Source: Chitinophagales bacterium (GTDB lineage Bacteria > Bacteroidota > Bacteroidia > Chitinophagales > BACL12). Taken from it: DNA of 64,000 nt. The position numbers and the translations under genes were made by a program. Location: the NCBI GenBank assembly GCA_044227505.1, contig JBGAWP010000004.1:17122-81121 (forward strand), written 5' to 3'. The notes under the pieces are model-generated. The model saw only the letters and a program-made list of their open reading frames with translations, was not told where the DNA came from and searched no databases. Position 1 is the first letter of the stretch. Each line of letters starts with the position of its first letter. Shown piece by piece: positions 30,298 through 40,753 of the stretch.

Positions 30298-33254
30298 TCA
30301 CTTGCAGCACCACCAACAACACCCTGACTCAAAAAACTTTCGTAGATCACATCCATGATCTTATTTCTTATTCCTTCTGAACTCAATTTATTGGGATCAG
30401 CAGTTGGTTGAACGCGGTTTGAAAGAAAAATATATAAGAGGTCATATTTAGGATCGGCCCAAACACAAATTCCTGTGAAGCCTTGATGACCGAAAGTTTC
30501 GGCAGAAGCGTACTGACTGCATGGAGAAGTATTGATCAAATCCGGTTTATCAAAACCCATTCCACGGCGTGAAATACTGCTTTGTTTTTTTGTCCAGGCG
30601 TTAATGGTTTGTTCGGGTAAATATTGTTGTCCTCCGTAATTTCCGCCGTTCAGCAACATTTGATATAAAATAGCAAGGTCCTCAGCATTGGAAAATAATC
30701 CGGCATGGCCTTCCACGCCACCCATCATTGCAGCGCCCATGTCGTGTACATATCCCTGAACAGTTTGATAACGGAAATAATTATCATTTTCTGTTGGAAC
30801 AATGCGCGACTTATCAAAATTATTTAATGGATTAAAACATGTTGTCTGCATTCCAAGCGGAGCATAAAACATGGAATTCACAAATTTATCTAAAGGTACT
30901 CCGGCAATTTTTTCTGCTATTCTTTTTGAGATATATAATCCGAGGTCACTATATACATAATTATTTTTTTCCTTGAGCGGTTTATTTTGAATTAAACTCC
31001 AGATAGTATCCTTATAATCGTCGCGCATATACAATCCATCTGCAACCAAAGTTGTAAATCCTTTTATCGGGGACTGGTTATAATATGCAGGATCAATAGT
31101 TCCATCTTCCTTTAATGTTTTTTTATAAAAAGGGATCCAGGCAACCAATCCGGATTGATGTGTGAGTATATCACTCAATTTTAAATTAGCAATTTCAGTT
31201 CCTTTGGTTTCCGGTAAATAATCAACTACGGTTTTTGAAAGATCGAGTAAACTATCGCTGTATAATTTCATCAACATGGATACTGTTGCAGTAGTTTTTG
31301 TTACGGAAGCAAGATCATAAATACTGCTGAGTTCCACCGGCGTTTTTTTGTCGTATTTATAATAGCCGTATGCTTTATCCCAAATTACTTTTCCGTTTTT
31401 TGCAACCAATACCTGACAGCCCGGAGCAGCCTGAACAGCAATACATGCTTTTGCTATGGAATCAATTTTATTTAAATAACGAATATCCATTCCTACCTCT
31501 TGCGGAATTGTATATTTTAATCTGTTTAGTGAACCTGTTTGAACACCATCGTTCGCTAAAAAAATTCCTGAACCAACAGGTAATTTCCCATCAAAAGGAA
31601 TTGCCCCAAACATAGCCATAGCAGTAGCTTGTTGTGTGTAGGCATCATCGTCGTAGGCAACAATATGATATTGAGCTGTCTCAAATTTTTCGAGTGAATA
31701 AGGTGTGCCGAAAACCACTACTGCAGTTTTGGTTGCCAAAGAAAGTTTCCAGATCAGATTTTCCGTATTTGCAGTAACGCCATATTCACTTGTTCGTGCG
31801 CGTTTCATATCATGAACCCCAACTACAACCACTTCATATTTTTTCAGTTTTTCATACATCTGAATAAAAGTGGCGGGATCGGCGTCCTTACTGATCTGAT
31901 AATTATCTATTTTAATATATTTTCCTAAATATTCCTGAAAGGTTGATTTTTTTCCGTTGCCAACACTTAATGATGCAATAAAAACGGTATCAATTTTTTT
32001 AAAAGGAATAAGACTATCGATACCGTTTGCAAGTGTTATACTATTTTCTGTAATTTTTCTTTTTATTAAAGTTGCTTTATCGGAATTAAGATCGAAAGTT
32101 ACATTTTGTAATTTAACCGGTTTGTATTTATTCAGTCCGACGAATGCTTTTGCCTTTAAAATTCTGCGCACACTTTCATCGAGTCTTTCCTCTGTAATAG
32201 TACCAATTTCTATTGCTTTTTTTATGGATTCGTAAGCAAGTGCAACATTTTCGCTGAACAATAAAAAATCGTTTCCTGCTAAAAATGCTTTTACTTCCAA
32301 TTCTCCTGTTTCATAATAAGCACTAACTCCTTTCATATTTAATGCATCGCTGAAAACCAATCCGCGGAAACCAAGTGTATCGCGTAAAAGATCTGTCCCT
32401 ATTTTTTTTGAAATGGAAGATGCATGATTATTTACACTATCCAGAGAAGGAATATATAAATGCGCCAACATGATGGAACCTAATCCTTCATTCATCAAAA
32501 TTTTAAATGGAAATAATTCCAGGGTATCGAGATGCGTATAAGAATGATTAATGATCGGCAATGTAACATGACTGTCTGTAGATACATCTCCGTGACCCGG
32601 AAAATGTTTTCCGCAGGCAAGAATATTATTATCCTGCAGTGCATTCATGTACATCAAACCCTTTAAAGCAACATTATATTTATTCTCCCCAAAAGACCTG
32701 TCGCCAATAACCGGGTTTTGAGGGTTATTATTTACATCGATAACCGGAGCAAAATTGCAGTGTACTCCTAACCTTTTAAGTTGTTGGGCAATTGCGGTTC
32801 CAACCTCATAAACAGTGGAATCGTTGCTCATGGCACCCCAGGTGAGCTGACGTTGGAAAGAGATCACAGAATCCAGTCGCATAGCAGGTCCCCATTCGGC
32901 ATCCATAGCGATCATTAAGGGGATTTGGGACATGCTTTGATAGTTATTGGTCAGTTTCACCTGCCGCATGGGCCCTCCCTGCATAAAAATGAGTCCGCCT
33001 AACTGATATTTTTTGATGAGTGTCTCAATTTCTTTCACATGGGCAGCATCCTTATTGGAATATGCCGCAACCATAAAAAGCTGCCCTATTTTTTGATCAA
33101 GGGTCATTACCTGCATGAGGGAATCCACCCAAGGGTAATTCTGATCGTAGTAAGCTAGTTTCTTATCTGTATCAATTTCAGGCGGTTGTACACGGAAAGA
33201 TGCCGATGCAAAACCGAAGGTAAATATTAATATGAAAAAAAATCTTGAATACAA
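30294..33254 (-). CDS. Glycoside hydrolase family 3 (NagZ-like beta-N-acetylhexosaminidase) fused to a serine beta-lactamase/PBP-like hydrolase
   Basis: GH3 motifs (KHFPGHGD, GLVFSDAL) in the N-terminal half. S-x-x-K motif (ASVTK) and class C beta-lactamase-like features in the C-terminal half. Signal peptide. Confidence 0.88.
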   Translation of the reverse strand: MYSRFFFILIFTFGFASASFRVQPPEIDTDKKLAYYDQNYPWVDSLMQVMTLDQKIGQLFMVAAYSNKDAAHVKEIETLIKKYQLGGLIFMQGGPMRQVKLTNNYQSMSQIPLMIAMDAEWGPAMRLDSVISFQRQLTWGAMSNDSTVYEVGTAIAQQLKRLGVHCNFAPVIDVNNNPQNPVIGDRSFGENKYNVALKGLMYMNALQDNNILACGKHFPGHGDVSTDSHVTLPIINHSYTHLDTLELFPFKILMNEGLGSIMLAHLYIPSLDSVNNHASSISKKIGTDLLRDTLGFRGLVFSDALNMKGVSAYYETGELEVKAFLAGNDFLLFSENVALAYESIKKAIEIGTITEERLDESVRRILKAKAFVGLNKYKPVKLQNVTFDLNSDKATLIKRKITENSITLANGIDSLIPFKKIDTVFIASLSVGNGKKSTFQEYLGKYIKIDNYQISKDADPATFIQMYEKLKKYEVVVVGVHDMKRARTSEYGVTANTENLIWKLSLATKTAVVVFGTPYSLEKFETAQYHIVAYDDDAYTQQATAMAMFGAIPFDGKLPVGSGIFLANDGVQTGSLNRLKYTIPQEVGMDIRYLNKIDSIAKACIAVQAAPGCQVLVAKNGKVIWDKAYGYYKYDKKTPVELSSIYDLASVTKTTATVSMLMKLYSDSLLDLSKTVVDYLPETKGTEIANLKLSDILTHQSGLVAWIPFYKKTLKEDGTIDPAYYNQSPIKGFTTLVADGLYMRDDYKDTIWSLIQNKPLKEKNNYVYSDLGLYISKRIAEKIAGVPLDKFVNSMFYAPLGMQTTCFNPLNNFDKSRIVPTENDNYFRYQTVQGYVHDMGAAMMGGVEGHAGLFSNAEDLAILYQMLLNGGNYGGQQYLPEQTINAWTKKQSSISRRGMGFDKPDLINTSPCSQYASAETFGHQGFTGICVWADPKYDLLYIFLSNRVQPTADPNKLSSEGIRNKIMDVIYESFLSQGVVGGAASD

Positions 33255-33467
33255 TCGTGTCGTTTTTAACTATGACTTTAAACTATTTTGCAAAAGTAAT
33301 TCGAACTTTATGCCAACAGTATCTATTTACACATAAACTGTTGTTATCATCACTAAATTTAAGACAATAGTTCAAAGGAATTATCTTTATTTGCAAAGAA
33401 ACGTTGAACTTGTTTTTTTTGATACAACTTTGCAGAAATAATTTAGTTCAGAGAGGCTGAGGCATAC

Positions 33468-35291
33468 ATGGCAGACATTATTCATTTATTACCGGATTCG
33501 ATAGCAAATCAAATAGCCGCGGGGGAAGTTATTCAGCGACCTGCCTCGGCAGTAAAAGAATTGCTGGAAAACGCCGTGGATGCAGGTGCTACGGAGATCA
33601 AGCTGATGGTGAAAGATGCAGGAAAAACACTTATTCAGGTGATTGATAACGGCTGCGGAATGAGTGTAACGGATGCCAGAATGTGTTTTGAACGCCACGC
33701 AACATCTAAGATCAGAACCGCTGAAGACATTTTTAAGATCAAAACAAAGGGTTTTAGAGGGGAAGCGATGGCAAGTATTGCCGCAATTGCCCAGGTAGAG
33801 CTCAAAACCAGACTTCAAGAGGAGGAGATTGGAACCCGAATAGTGATAGAAGGGTCTGATATTGTTAGTCAGGAACAGGTGCAATGTGCAGGCGGAAGTA
33901 ATATTTCAGTGAAAAACCTGTTTTACAATGTTCCGGCCAGGAGAAATTTTTTAAAATCAAATACGGTTGAATTAAAACATATTATTGACGAATTTGAACG
34001 TGTGGTTTTAGCGCATCCCGGTATTTTTTTCAGTTTGCAGAATAACGGGATAGAATTATTTCATTTGAAACCGGGAAACTATCGCCAACGCGTAATTCAT
34101 TTATTCGGCAGTAATTACAATGAAAAATTGGTACCGATAGAAGAAAATACTTCGGTTGCAAATATTCGCGGATTTATCGGGAAACCCGATTCTGCAAAAA
34201 AAACCAAAGGGGAGCAATTCTTTTTTGTAAATAATCGCTTTATCAGAAGTCCTTATTTACACCACGCGGTTATGAGTGTATATAATGATCTTATTGCAGA
34301 AGGAAATTATCCTTTATATACAATTTATATCGATATTGATCCGTCTCGTATTGACGTGAATGTGCATCCCACAAAACAAGAAATAAAATTTGAGGACGAA
34401 CGGATAATTTACACCTTTATTCAAGCCGGTGTGCGCCACGCATTAGCGCAATACAGCGTTACACCAACACTGGATTTTACTTTAGATCCCACCTTTGCCA
34501 ATCTCCCGAGTTTTTATAAAAAACAACCGCAGGATACCGTTTCTAAAAATCTTTCTTTTAAGACCTACGAAAGCAGGATGAATGAAAATCCTACTTTTGA
34601 GAAAACGAATTTCCCTGATTTTCAACCGAAAGATTTTGATCGGGAATTAACAGCTGTTGAAAATAAGGATATAGAAAATTCCGGTGGGAATGAAGAAAGA
34701 ATATTCGGATATAATGCAGAAACAACTCCTTCCTTTCAGATTCACAATCAATATATCGTAGCTCAAATAAAATCTGGGTTTATTGTTATTGATCAGCAGG
34801 CTGCGCATGAAAGGATCTTATATGAAAAATATCTTGCGCAATTGCACAATAAAAAACACCATACGCAACAACAATTATTTCCACAGAGTTTAACTTTATC
34901 GGGAGCAGATGCGGCAATATTACTTGCGTTGTTGCAGGATATAAATAATCTTGGATTTGATATTCAACCATTTGGCAAAGAAACTTTCGTAATACACGGA
35001 GTTCCGGTGGAATTTGAAAATGGCAATGAACAAAAAGTAATTGAGGATCTTATTGAACAATTCAAAGAGGATAAGGCCGCATTAAAATTGCACAAACACG
35101 AAGTGATAGCAAAATCGCTTGCAAGGTCAAATTCCATCAAACGCGGGCAAAAATTGGATGAGCGCGGAATGCGCCATTTGACCGATCAGTTGTTTGCGTG
35201 TGCAACACCATTTGTTTCTCCATTCGGAACATTAACCTTTACAACATTTTCGCTCGACGAATTAGCAAAACAATTTCAGAAAAACAATTAA
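33468..35291 (+). CDS. mutL: DNA mismatch repair endonuclease MutL
   Basis: N-terminal GHKL ATPase motifs (IAAGEVIQRPASAVKELLENAVDAGA, DNGCGM) and a C-terminal dimerisation domain. Confidence 0.93.
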   Translation: MADIIHLLPDSIANQIAAGEVIQRPASAVKELLENAVDAGATEIKLMVKDAGKTLIQVIDNGCGMSVTDARMCFERHATSKIRTAEDIFKIKTKGFRGEAMASIAAIAQVELKTRLQEEEIGTRIVIEGSDIVSQEQVQCAGGSNISVKNLFYNVPARRNFLKSNTVELKHIIDEFERVVLAHPGIFFSLQNNGIELFHLKPGNYRQRVIHLFGSNYNEKLVPIEENTSVANIRGFIGKPDSAKKTKGEQFFFVNNRFIRSPYLHHAVMSVYNDLIAEGNYPLYTIYIDIDPSRIDVNVHPTKQEIKFEDERIIYTFIQAGVRHALAQYSVTPTLDFTLDPTFANLPSFYKKQPQDTVSKNLSFKTYESRMNENPTFEKTNFPDFQPKDFDRELTAVENKDIENSGGNEERIFGYNAETTPSFQIHNQYIVAQIKSGFIVIDQQAAHERILYEKYLAQLHNKKHHTQQQLFPQSLTLSGADAAILLALLQDINNLGFDIQPFGKETFVIHGVPVEFENGNEQKVIEDLIEQFKEDKAALKLHKHEVIAKSLARSNSIKRGQKLDERGMRHLTDQLFACATPFVSPFGTLTFTTFSLDELAKQFQKNN

Positions 35292-35298
35292 AATATAG

Positions 35299-35982
35299 AT
35301 GTCGAATTTTCAATTTACGAGATTTAATTATTTACCACCTGCAATAAAAAATTTATTGATCCTGAATGGATTGGTATTTTTAGCAACCGTTGCCTTTCCG
35401 GACCTTATTTATAAGTTGGGTTTATATTATCCGGCATCTCCCAATTTTCAACCCTATCAGATCGTAACACATTTATTTACGCATGGAGATTTTGGACATG
35501 TTTTTTTTAATATGTTTGCCTTATGGATGTTCGGTTCAGTGTTAGAAAATGTTTGGGGTCCGAAAAGATTTCTGATCTTTTATTTTGTAACGGGTCTTGG
35601 TGCCGCAGCATTGCACATGGGCGTAAATGCATATCAAATTTATGAGATAGCGGGTACGGTAAATCCCATGAGTATGAGTTTTACGGAATATGAAGCAAAT
35701 AAGATATTTAGTTTTATGGGCCCTACAGTTGGTGCATCAGGTTCGGTTTATGGAATTTTGATCGCATTTGGCATGCTGTTTCCCAATACATTATTATATA
35801 TCTATTTTCTTCTTCCCGTAAAAGCAAAATATGTAGTAATAATATTAATCGCCATTGAACTCTATCTTGGGTTTATAAATAGCCCAACAGATAATGTGGC
35901 CCACTTTGCACATCTTGGCGGTGCTTTATTTGGATTTTTATTAATTAAATATTGGGGGAAAAATAAACGACGTTTTTATTAA
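35299..35982 (+). CDS. Rhomboid family intramembrane serine protease
   Basis: HLFTHGDFGHVFFNM, GASGSVYG (catalytic Ser) and AHLGG (catalytic His). Confidence 0.85.
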   Translation: MSNFQFTRFNYLPPAIKNLLILNGLVFLATVAFPDLIYKLGLYYPASPNFQPYQIVTHLFTHGDFGHVFFNMFALWMFGSVLENVWGPKRFLIFYFVTGLGAAALHMGVNAYQIYEIAGTVNPMSMSFTEYEANKIFSFMGPTVGASGSVYGILIAFGMLFPNTLLYIYFLLPVKAKYVVIILIAIELYLGFINSPTDNVAHFAHLGGALFGFLLIKYWGKNKRRFY

Positions 35983-36887
35983 TGAATATCAGAGACGACA
36001 TTAAACATCAATTCATGCATGGCAACGCAATAATGAAAATATTGCTGGTGAATGTTTTGATATTTGCCGTTCAATCCATTATTTTTTTAATAGCGTATTT
36101 TAGCGGATTTAAGGAAGAGTATGTATTATTTTTAAGTAAATGGTTTTGGGTGAGTACGGATCTCAATGTATTAATAACAAGACCCTGGACATTATTCACC
36201 TCGATACTCATGCATGATCCTGAGGATATTTTTCATATTCTGAGTAACATGTTATATCTTTTCTTTTTTGGAAGAATATTTATTGATTTTATCCCGCAGA
36301 AAAATTCCTGGCCTTTGTTCCTTACAGGAGGACTTGTGGGAGCTTTCGTTGCGATCGCAACTTATAATTTGGCGCCATCTGTAAAAGATTTTGTGGGAAT
36401 TCCGATGGTTGGCGCTTCAGCAGGCGTTATGGCAATTGTACTTGCTGCAGCAACTCTGGCACCGAATTATAGCGTGGGTCTTATTTTAATAGGACCGGTA
36501 AAATTAAAATATATTGCATTAGTGGTTGTGGTAATTGATCTATTAAGCATTCCTTCAGAATATAATTTGGGCGGACATGTGGCGCATCTCGGTGGTGCAC
36601 TTACCGGTTATTTATTTATCAAGTCTTACCAGAGTGGCCGCCCTTGGTTCGACTGGTGGCCGAAATTTGAAAATTTTATTTTTAGAATATTTGAAAAAAA
36701 GAAACCTAGGGTTGCATATGTAAATCAACATCCAACTCCTAAAAAAACAGCAATGGGAAGAGATGAAAAAGACATTGATGATCAGGTTAAAACAGATGCC
36801 ATTCTAGATAAAATAAAGGCAGGTGGATACGACAGTTTAAGCAAAGCAGAAAAAGATTTTTTATTTAAAGTCAGCAATAAGAAATGA
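35982..36887 (+). CDS. Rhomboid family intramembrane serine protease (second, tandem paralogue)
   Basis: GASAGVMA and AHLGGALTG motifs. The start overlaps the upstream stop (ATGA-type junction). Confidence 0.8.
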   Translation: MNIRDDIKHQFMHGNAIMKILLVNVLIFAVQSIIFLIAYFSGFKEEYVLFLSKWFWVSTDLNVLITRPWTLFTSILMHDPEDIFHILSNMLYLFFFGRIFIDFIPQKNSWPLFLTGGLVGAFVAIATYNLAPSVKDFVGIPMVGASAGVMAIVLAAATLAPNYSVGLILIGPVKLKYIALVVVVIDLLSIPSEYNLGGHVAHLGGALTGYLFIKSYQSGRPWFDWWPKFENFIFRIFEKKKPRVAYVNQHPTPKKTAMGRDEKDIDDQVKTDAILDKIKAGGYDSLSKAEKDFLFKVSNKK

Positions 36888-37984
36888 AGTGGTGGCATAA
36901 AATAATTTTGTTTTTTACAATTCTCAATTTGATCTTCCTGTTGGGAGCTTATATGGCAATGTATGTAAGCCCGGAAAGTTTTTGGCCTGTTGCATTTATC
37001 GGATTGGGTTATATTCCCGTTTTGGTGGTTTATCTGTTTTTTATGCTCCTCTGGTTTTTTATGCACAGAAAGGTATTTTATGTTTTGCTCGTATTTTTAA
37101 TTTTAGGTTTTAATGCGCACAGAAGTTATTTTGCGATCGGGTCGCTAAAAAAGACAAATACAGAAGGAAAAAAAACATATAGTATTTTACAATATAATGT
37201 TCAGGGATTTGATGCTTATAATAAAGATGGTAAATACCTCAACAGAGAAGAAATAATTTCCAATATTGCAGAAGCAAAAGCGGATATAATATGTCTGGAA
37301 GAATTTAATACCTACCATGATCATCCGACTGAAAAGAGCAATTTAGATATGGTTATTGCCGCAACAGGATTAAACCATAAGTATTATTATAAGGCATATG
37401 AAAATTCGAAATCGACCAGAAGTTTCGGATTGATAATACTTTCTCGTTTTCCTGTTATTAGTTCCGGTCATCTGGAGTATTTATCACTCAGCAGATTAAA
37501 TTCCACGATATATGCTGACCTGCTGATAGAAAATGATACCATAAGAGTATTTTGCTCGCATTTACAGTCTACTCAATTAAGTCATTACGATCTCGAATTT
37601 ATTGAAGCGAGCAATGAAGCGCAAACTGATTTTGATGCTGATAGAATAACGAACAAATTAAAAATGAGTTACGCTTTGAGGGCGCAGGAGGCAGATACAG
37701 TTTCCACTTACTTAAAAAAATCGCCTCATCCTATTATTTCCTGTGGTGATTTTAATGATACACCTGTTTCTTATACCTATCGCAAAATGAGTGAGGATCT
37801 TCAGGATGCCTTTTTGCAAAAAGGATTTGGCATTGGAGCTACCTATGCACCATTTCCATTTATAAGAATAGATTATCAGTTATTTGATGAGGATAAATTT
37901 GATATTGTTGATTTTAAAAGGATCAAAGAGAGATCAAGCGATCATTATCCTTGTGTTACTACGTTTGTGATGAATGAGAAATGA
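36884..37984 (+). CDS. Endonuclease/exonuclease/phosphatase (EEP) family membrane-anchored protein
   Basis: N-terminal transmembrane helices. EEP motifs (ICLEEF, ..GDFND.., SDHYP). Confidence 0.8.
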   Translation: MKWWHKIILFFTILNLIFLLGAYMAMYVSPESFWPVAFIGLGYIPVLVVYLFFMLLWFFMHRKVFYVLLVFLILGFNAHRSYFAIGSLKKTNTEGKKTYSILQYNVQGFDAYNKDGKYLNREEIISNIAEAKADIICLEEFNTYHDHPTEKSNLDMVIAATGLNHKYYYKAYENSKSTRSFGLIILSRFPVISSGHLEYLSLSRLNSTIYADLLIENDTIRVFCSHLQSTQLSHYDLEFIEASNEAQTDFDADRITNKLKMSYALRAQEADTVSTYLKKSPHPIISCGDFNDTPVSYTYRKMSEDLQDAFLQKGFGIGATYAPFPFIRIDYQLFDEDKFDIVDFKRIKERSSDHYPCVTTFVMNEK

Positions 37985-38396
37985 GTTATGAATAATGAGA
38001 TTGATCCTCGATAGCCGGATGTATTTACTCCTGCCCAATGAATATTGACTCCTGACAAACCTCCACGGACACACGATTCACGAATAAATGAGTTATGAGT
38101 GATGAGTGTGATTCTTTATGGCCGGAATGACTCACTCCTGACTAATGACTATTGAAATTGGGTGAGTAGTGAGTGCTGAGTGGTGAGATTGATCCTCGAT
38201 AGCCGGATGTTTTTACTCCTGACTATTGACTATTGACGGAAAGAGGTGAGATTGATCCTCAATAGCCGGATGTATTTACTCCTGACTAATAACTATTGAA
38301 GGAAAGTGGTGAGATTTATCCTTGAAAGCCGGATGTTTTTACTCCTGATTAATGACAATTGACTCCTGACAACCCTCCACGCCTCACGATTTCCTA
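37966..38396 (+). repeat. Array of five composite heptamer-tract elements: (A/G)TGAG(T)-tract, core ATTGATCCTCGATAGCCGGATGTATTTACTCCTGAC, then TAATGAC/TATTGAC-tract
   Basis: The core occurs at about 38000, 38111 (diverged), 38188, 38251 and 38313. The array starts within the last codons of the EEP gene and ends 14 nt before the cysS ATG. Confidence 0.9.
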
Positions 38397-38397
38397 T

Positions 38398-38405
38398 TAA
38401 CTTTG
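38398..38405 (+). promoter_or_regulatory. Candidate -7 promoter box TAACTTTG (TAnnTTTG) immediately upstream of cysS
   Basis: Exact match to the Bacteroidota consensus. It ends only 4 nt before the ATG, which would imply a leaderless or near-leaderless mRNA, so this is doubtful. Confidence 0.2.
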
Positions 38406-38409
38406 CAAC

Positions 38410-39912
38410 ATGGAAAAGGTGTTATACCATCAGAATACTTTATTGGTTTACAATACATTATCGAGGCAAAAAGAGACTTTTGAACCACTGCATCCCCCTT
38501 TTGTAGGCATGTATGCCTGCGGCCCTACCGTTTATAGTGAACCACACCTTGGCAATTGCAGAAGTTTTGTTTCTTACGATCTGATGTTCCGCTATTTGTT
38601 GCATTTAGGATATAAGGTGCGTTATCTGAGAAATATCACCGATGCAGGGCATGTGGAAAGCACCAGCGGAGAAACTGGTGACAGAATAGGAAAACAAGCC
38701 AAACTGGAACAAATTGAACCAATGGAAATTGTACAGAAATATTCTGTAAAATTCCATCAGATCATGGAAACTTTAAATTGTTTGCCACCAAGTATAGAAC
38801 CAACTGCAACCGGGCATATTATTGAGCAGATAGAAATGACAAAAAAAATAATGGAGAAGGGATATGCATATGAAACTGCAGATGCCATTTATTTTGATGT
38901 AGATAAATATGCTGCCACGCACAATTATACAATTTTAAGCGGTAGAAATTTAGATGACCAATTAGAGAATACAAGAGAACTTGACGGACAACAATCGAAA
39001 AAAGGGCGATTGGATTTTGCGTTGATGATTAAAGCAAAACCGGAGCACATTATGCGTTGGCCTTCACCTTGGGGAGATGTATATCCGGGTTGGCATATTG
39101 AGTGTTCAGCAATGAGCGAAAAATATTTAGGGAAACAATTTGATATTCACTGCGGTGGAATGGATCTCATTCCCACGCATCACACAAACGAGATCGCACA
39201 ATGTGTTGCATGTAACGATACTGATCCGGTAAAATATTGGCTGCACCCAAATATGCTTACCGTTAACGGACAAAAAATGAGTAAGAGTTTGGGGAATGCA
39301 TTTTTGCCTATAGAATTATTTGAGGGAACACATCCTTTATTAGATCAGGGTTACAGCCCTATGACAGTGCGTTATTCTATGCTACAAGCGCATTACAGAA
39401 GCACACTGGATTTTAGTAATGATGCATTAAAGGCAGCTGAAAAAGGACTAAAAAGAATGATGAATGCAGTGCATTTATTAAATGGCATCAGTGTGTCAAA
39501 CGAAATAAATAATAATGAAGAAGCGAATGTAAATAAAATATTATTCGGAACCTATGCTGCAATGAATAATGATTTTAATTCGCCACAGGCAATTGCCGAA
39601 TTAAATGAAGCTGCAACATTAATTAATACCTGGAATGATCTGCAGAATAAAACCGCAAACATAAAAGCTGACACTTTACAACGATTAAAAGATCTGTTAC
39701 ATCATTTTCTTTTTGATATTTTCGGATTACAGGAAGAAAAGGAAAATAACAACGAAGCATTGAATGGTGTTATGGAGCTTGTAATTGATATCCGAAAAGA
39801 TGCGCGCGGAAAAAAAGATTTCGCTACTTCCGATAAGATACGCGACGGGTTAAAGTCGGCGGGGATTCAATTAAAAGATGGTAAAGAAGGCACTTCCTGG
39901 GATATGGAATAA
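38410..39912 (+). CDS. cysS: Cysteine--tRNA ligase
   Basis: HLGN (HIGH-class) motif, KMSKS motif and a length of 500 aa. Confidence 0.93.
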   Translation: MEKVLYHQNTLLVYNTLSRQKETFEPLHPPFVGMYACGPTVYSEPHLGNCRSFVSYDLMFRYLLHLGYKVRYLRNITDAGHVESTSGETGDRIGKQAKLEQIEPMEIVQKYSVKFHQIMETLNCLPPSIEPTATGHIIEQIEMTKKIMEKGYAYETADAIYFDVDKYAATHNYTILSGRNLDDQLENTRELDGQQSKKGRLDFALMIKAKPEHIMRWPSPWGDVYPGWHIECSAMSEKYLGKQFDIHCGGMDLIPTHHTNEIAQCVACNDTDPVKYWLHPNMLTVNGQKMSKSLGNAFLPIELFEGTHPLLDQGYSPMTVRYSMLQAHYRSTLDFSNDALKAAEKGLKRMMNAVHLLNGISVSNEINNNEEANVNKILFGTYAAMNNDFNSPQAIAELNEAATLINTWNDLQNKTANIKADTLQRLKDLLHHFLFDIFGLQEEKENNNEALNGVMELVIDIRKDARGKKDFATSDKIRDGLKSAGIQLKDGKEGTSWDME

Positions 39913-40722
39913 ATGAACTCAAATCTTTTTATGGCCAATTCATTTGATCCGGTTGCGGATATTTATGATGATACTTTTTCGAAAACTCAAATTGGAAAGG
40001 CGCAAAGAGATATTGTGTGGAAATACCTGGACAAAAAAAAGTTCGTAAATAAAAATATTTTAGAGATCAACTGCGGCACCGGAGAGGATGCGATTTTTTT
40101 GTCGAAGAACAATAACCTTACGGCAACGGATGCATCGGAAGAAATGTTGAAAATTACCAATGAAAAGATCAAGTTAAATGAAATTGGAACAAGGTGTAAA
40201 ACATTGCTGTGGGATTTGAATGATCCCTTCCCAGGTGATCGCGATGAAAAATACGATCTTATTTTTTCTAATTTCGGGGGGCTGAACTGTTTATCATCAG
40301 AAACATTAAAAAAATTATCCGCAGAATTATTTACTCTTTTACGATCAGGTGGAAAATTGATATTTGTTGTAATGGGGAGAAAATGTTTATGGGAGTCTTT
40401 TTATTTTTTATATAAAGGAAAATTTAAATCTGTTTTTCGCAGAAGAAAATCCGGTGTTGTAAAAGCTCCATTAAATGATAAAATATTTGTGGACACCTAT
40501 TATCACTCCCCGCGAGAATTCATGCGGTTTTTTGATGAAAATTTTAAGTTAAATAAAACTTCGCCTGTTGGTTTTTTCATTCCGCCATCTTATCTTGATC
40601 CCTTTTTTACAAATAAAAAAAGGATGCTGAATTTATTTACTCGTCTCGACCAAATGGTATTCAAGGTCGGAATTTTGTCAAACTATGCCGATCACTATCT
40701 TATTGAATTGGAGATGAATTAA
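39913..40722 (+). CDS. Class I SAM-dependent methyltransferase
   Basis: Motif I ILEINCGTGEDA. Acidic residue at the end of beta-2 (TATDAS). The ATG directly abuts the cysS TAA. Confidence 0.8.
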   Translation: MNSNLFMANSFDPVADIYDDTFSKTQIGKAQRDIVWKYLDKKKFVNKNILEINCGTGEDAIFLSKNNNLTATDASEEMLKITNEKIKLNEIGTRCKTLLWDLNDPFPGDRDEKYDLIFSNFGGLNCLSSETLKKLSAELFTLLRSGGKLIFVVMGRKCLWESFYFLYKGKFKSVFRRRKSGVVKAPLNDKIFVDTYYHSPREFMRFFDENFKLNKTSPVGFFIPPSYLDPFFTNKKRMLNLFTRLDQMVFKVGILSNYADHYLIELEMN

Positions 40723-40753
40723 CAAGGTGTTAAATTTGCCTTAATTCATAAGA

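Noticed and set aside
37966-38396. GTGAGT words and CTGAC/ACTAAT words resemble eukaryotic 5' splice-site and branch-point consensus sequences, or group II intron ends
   Set aside because: There is no intron-encoded protein, no domain V/VI-like structure, and no GUGYG...AY boundaries around a plausible intron. The resemblance follows from short words that contain TGA.
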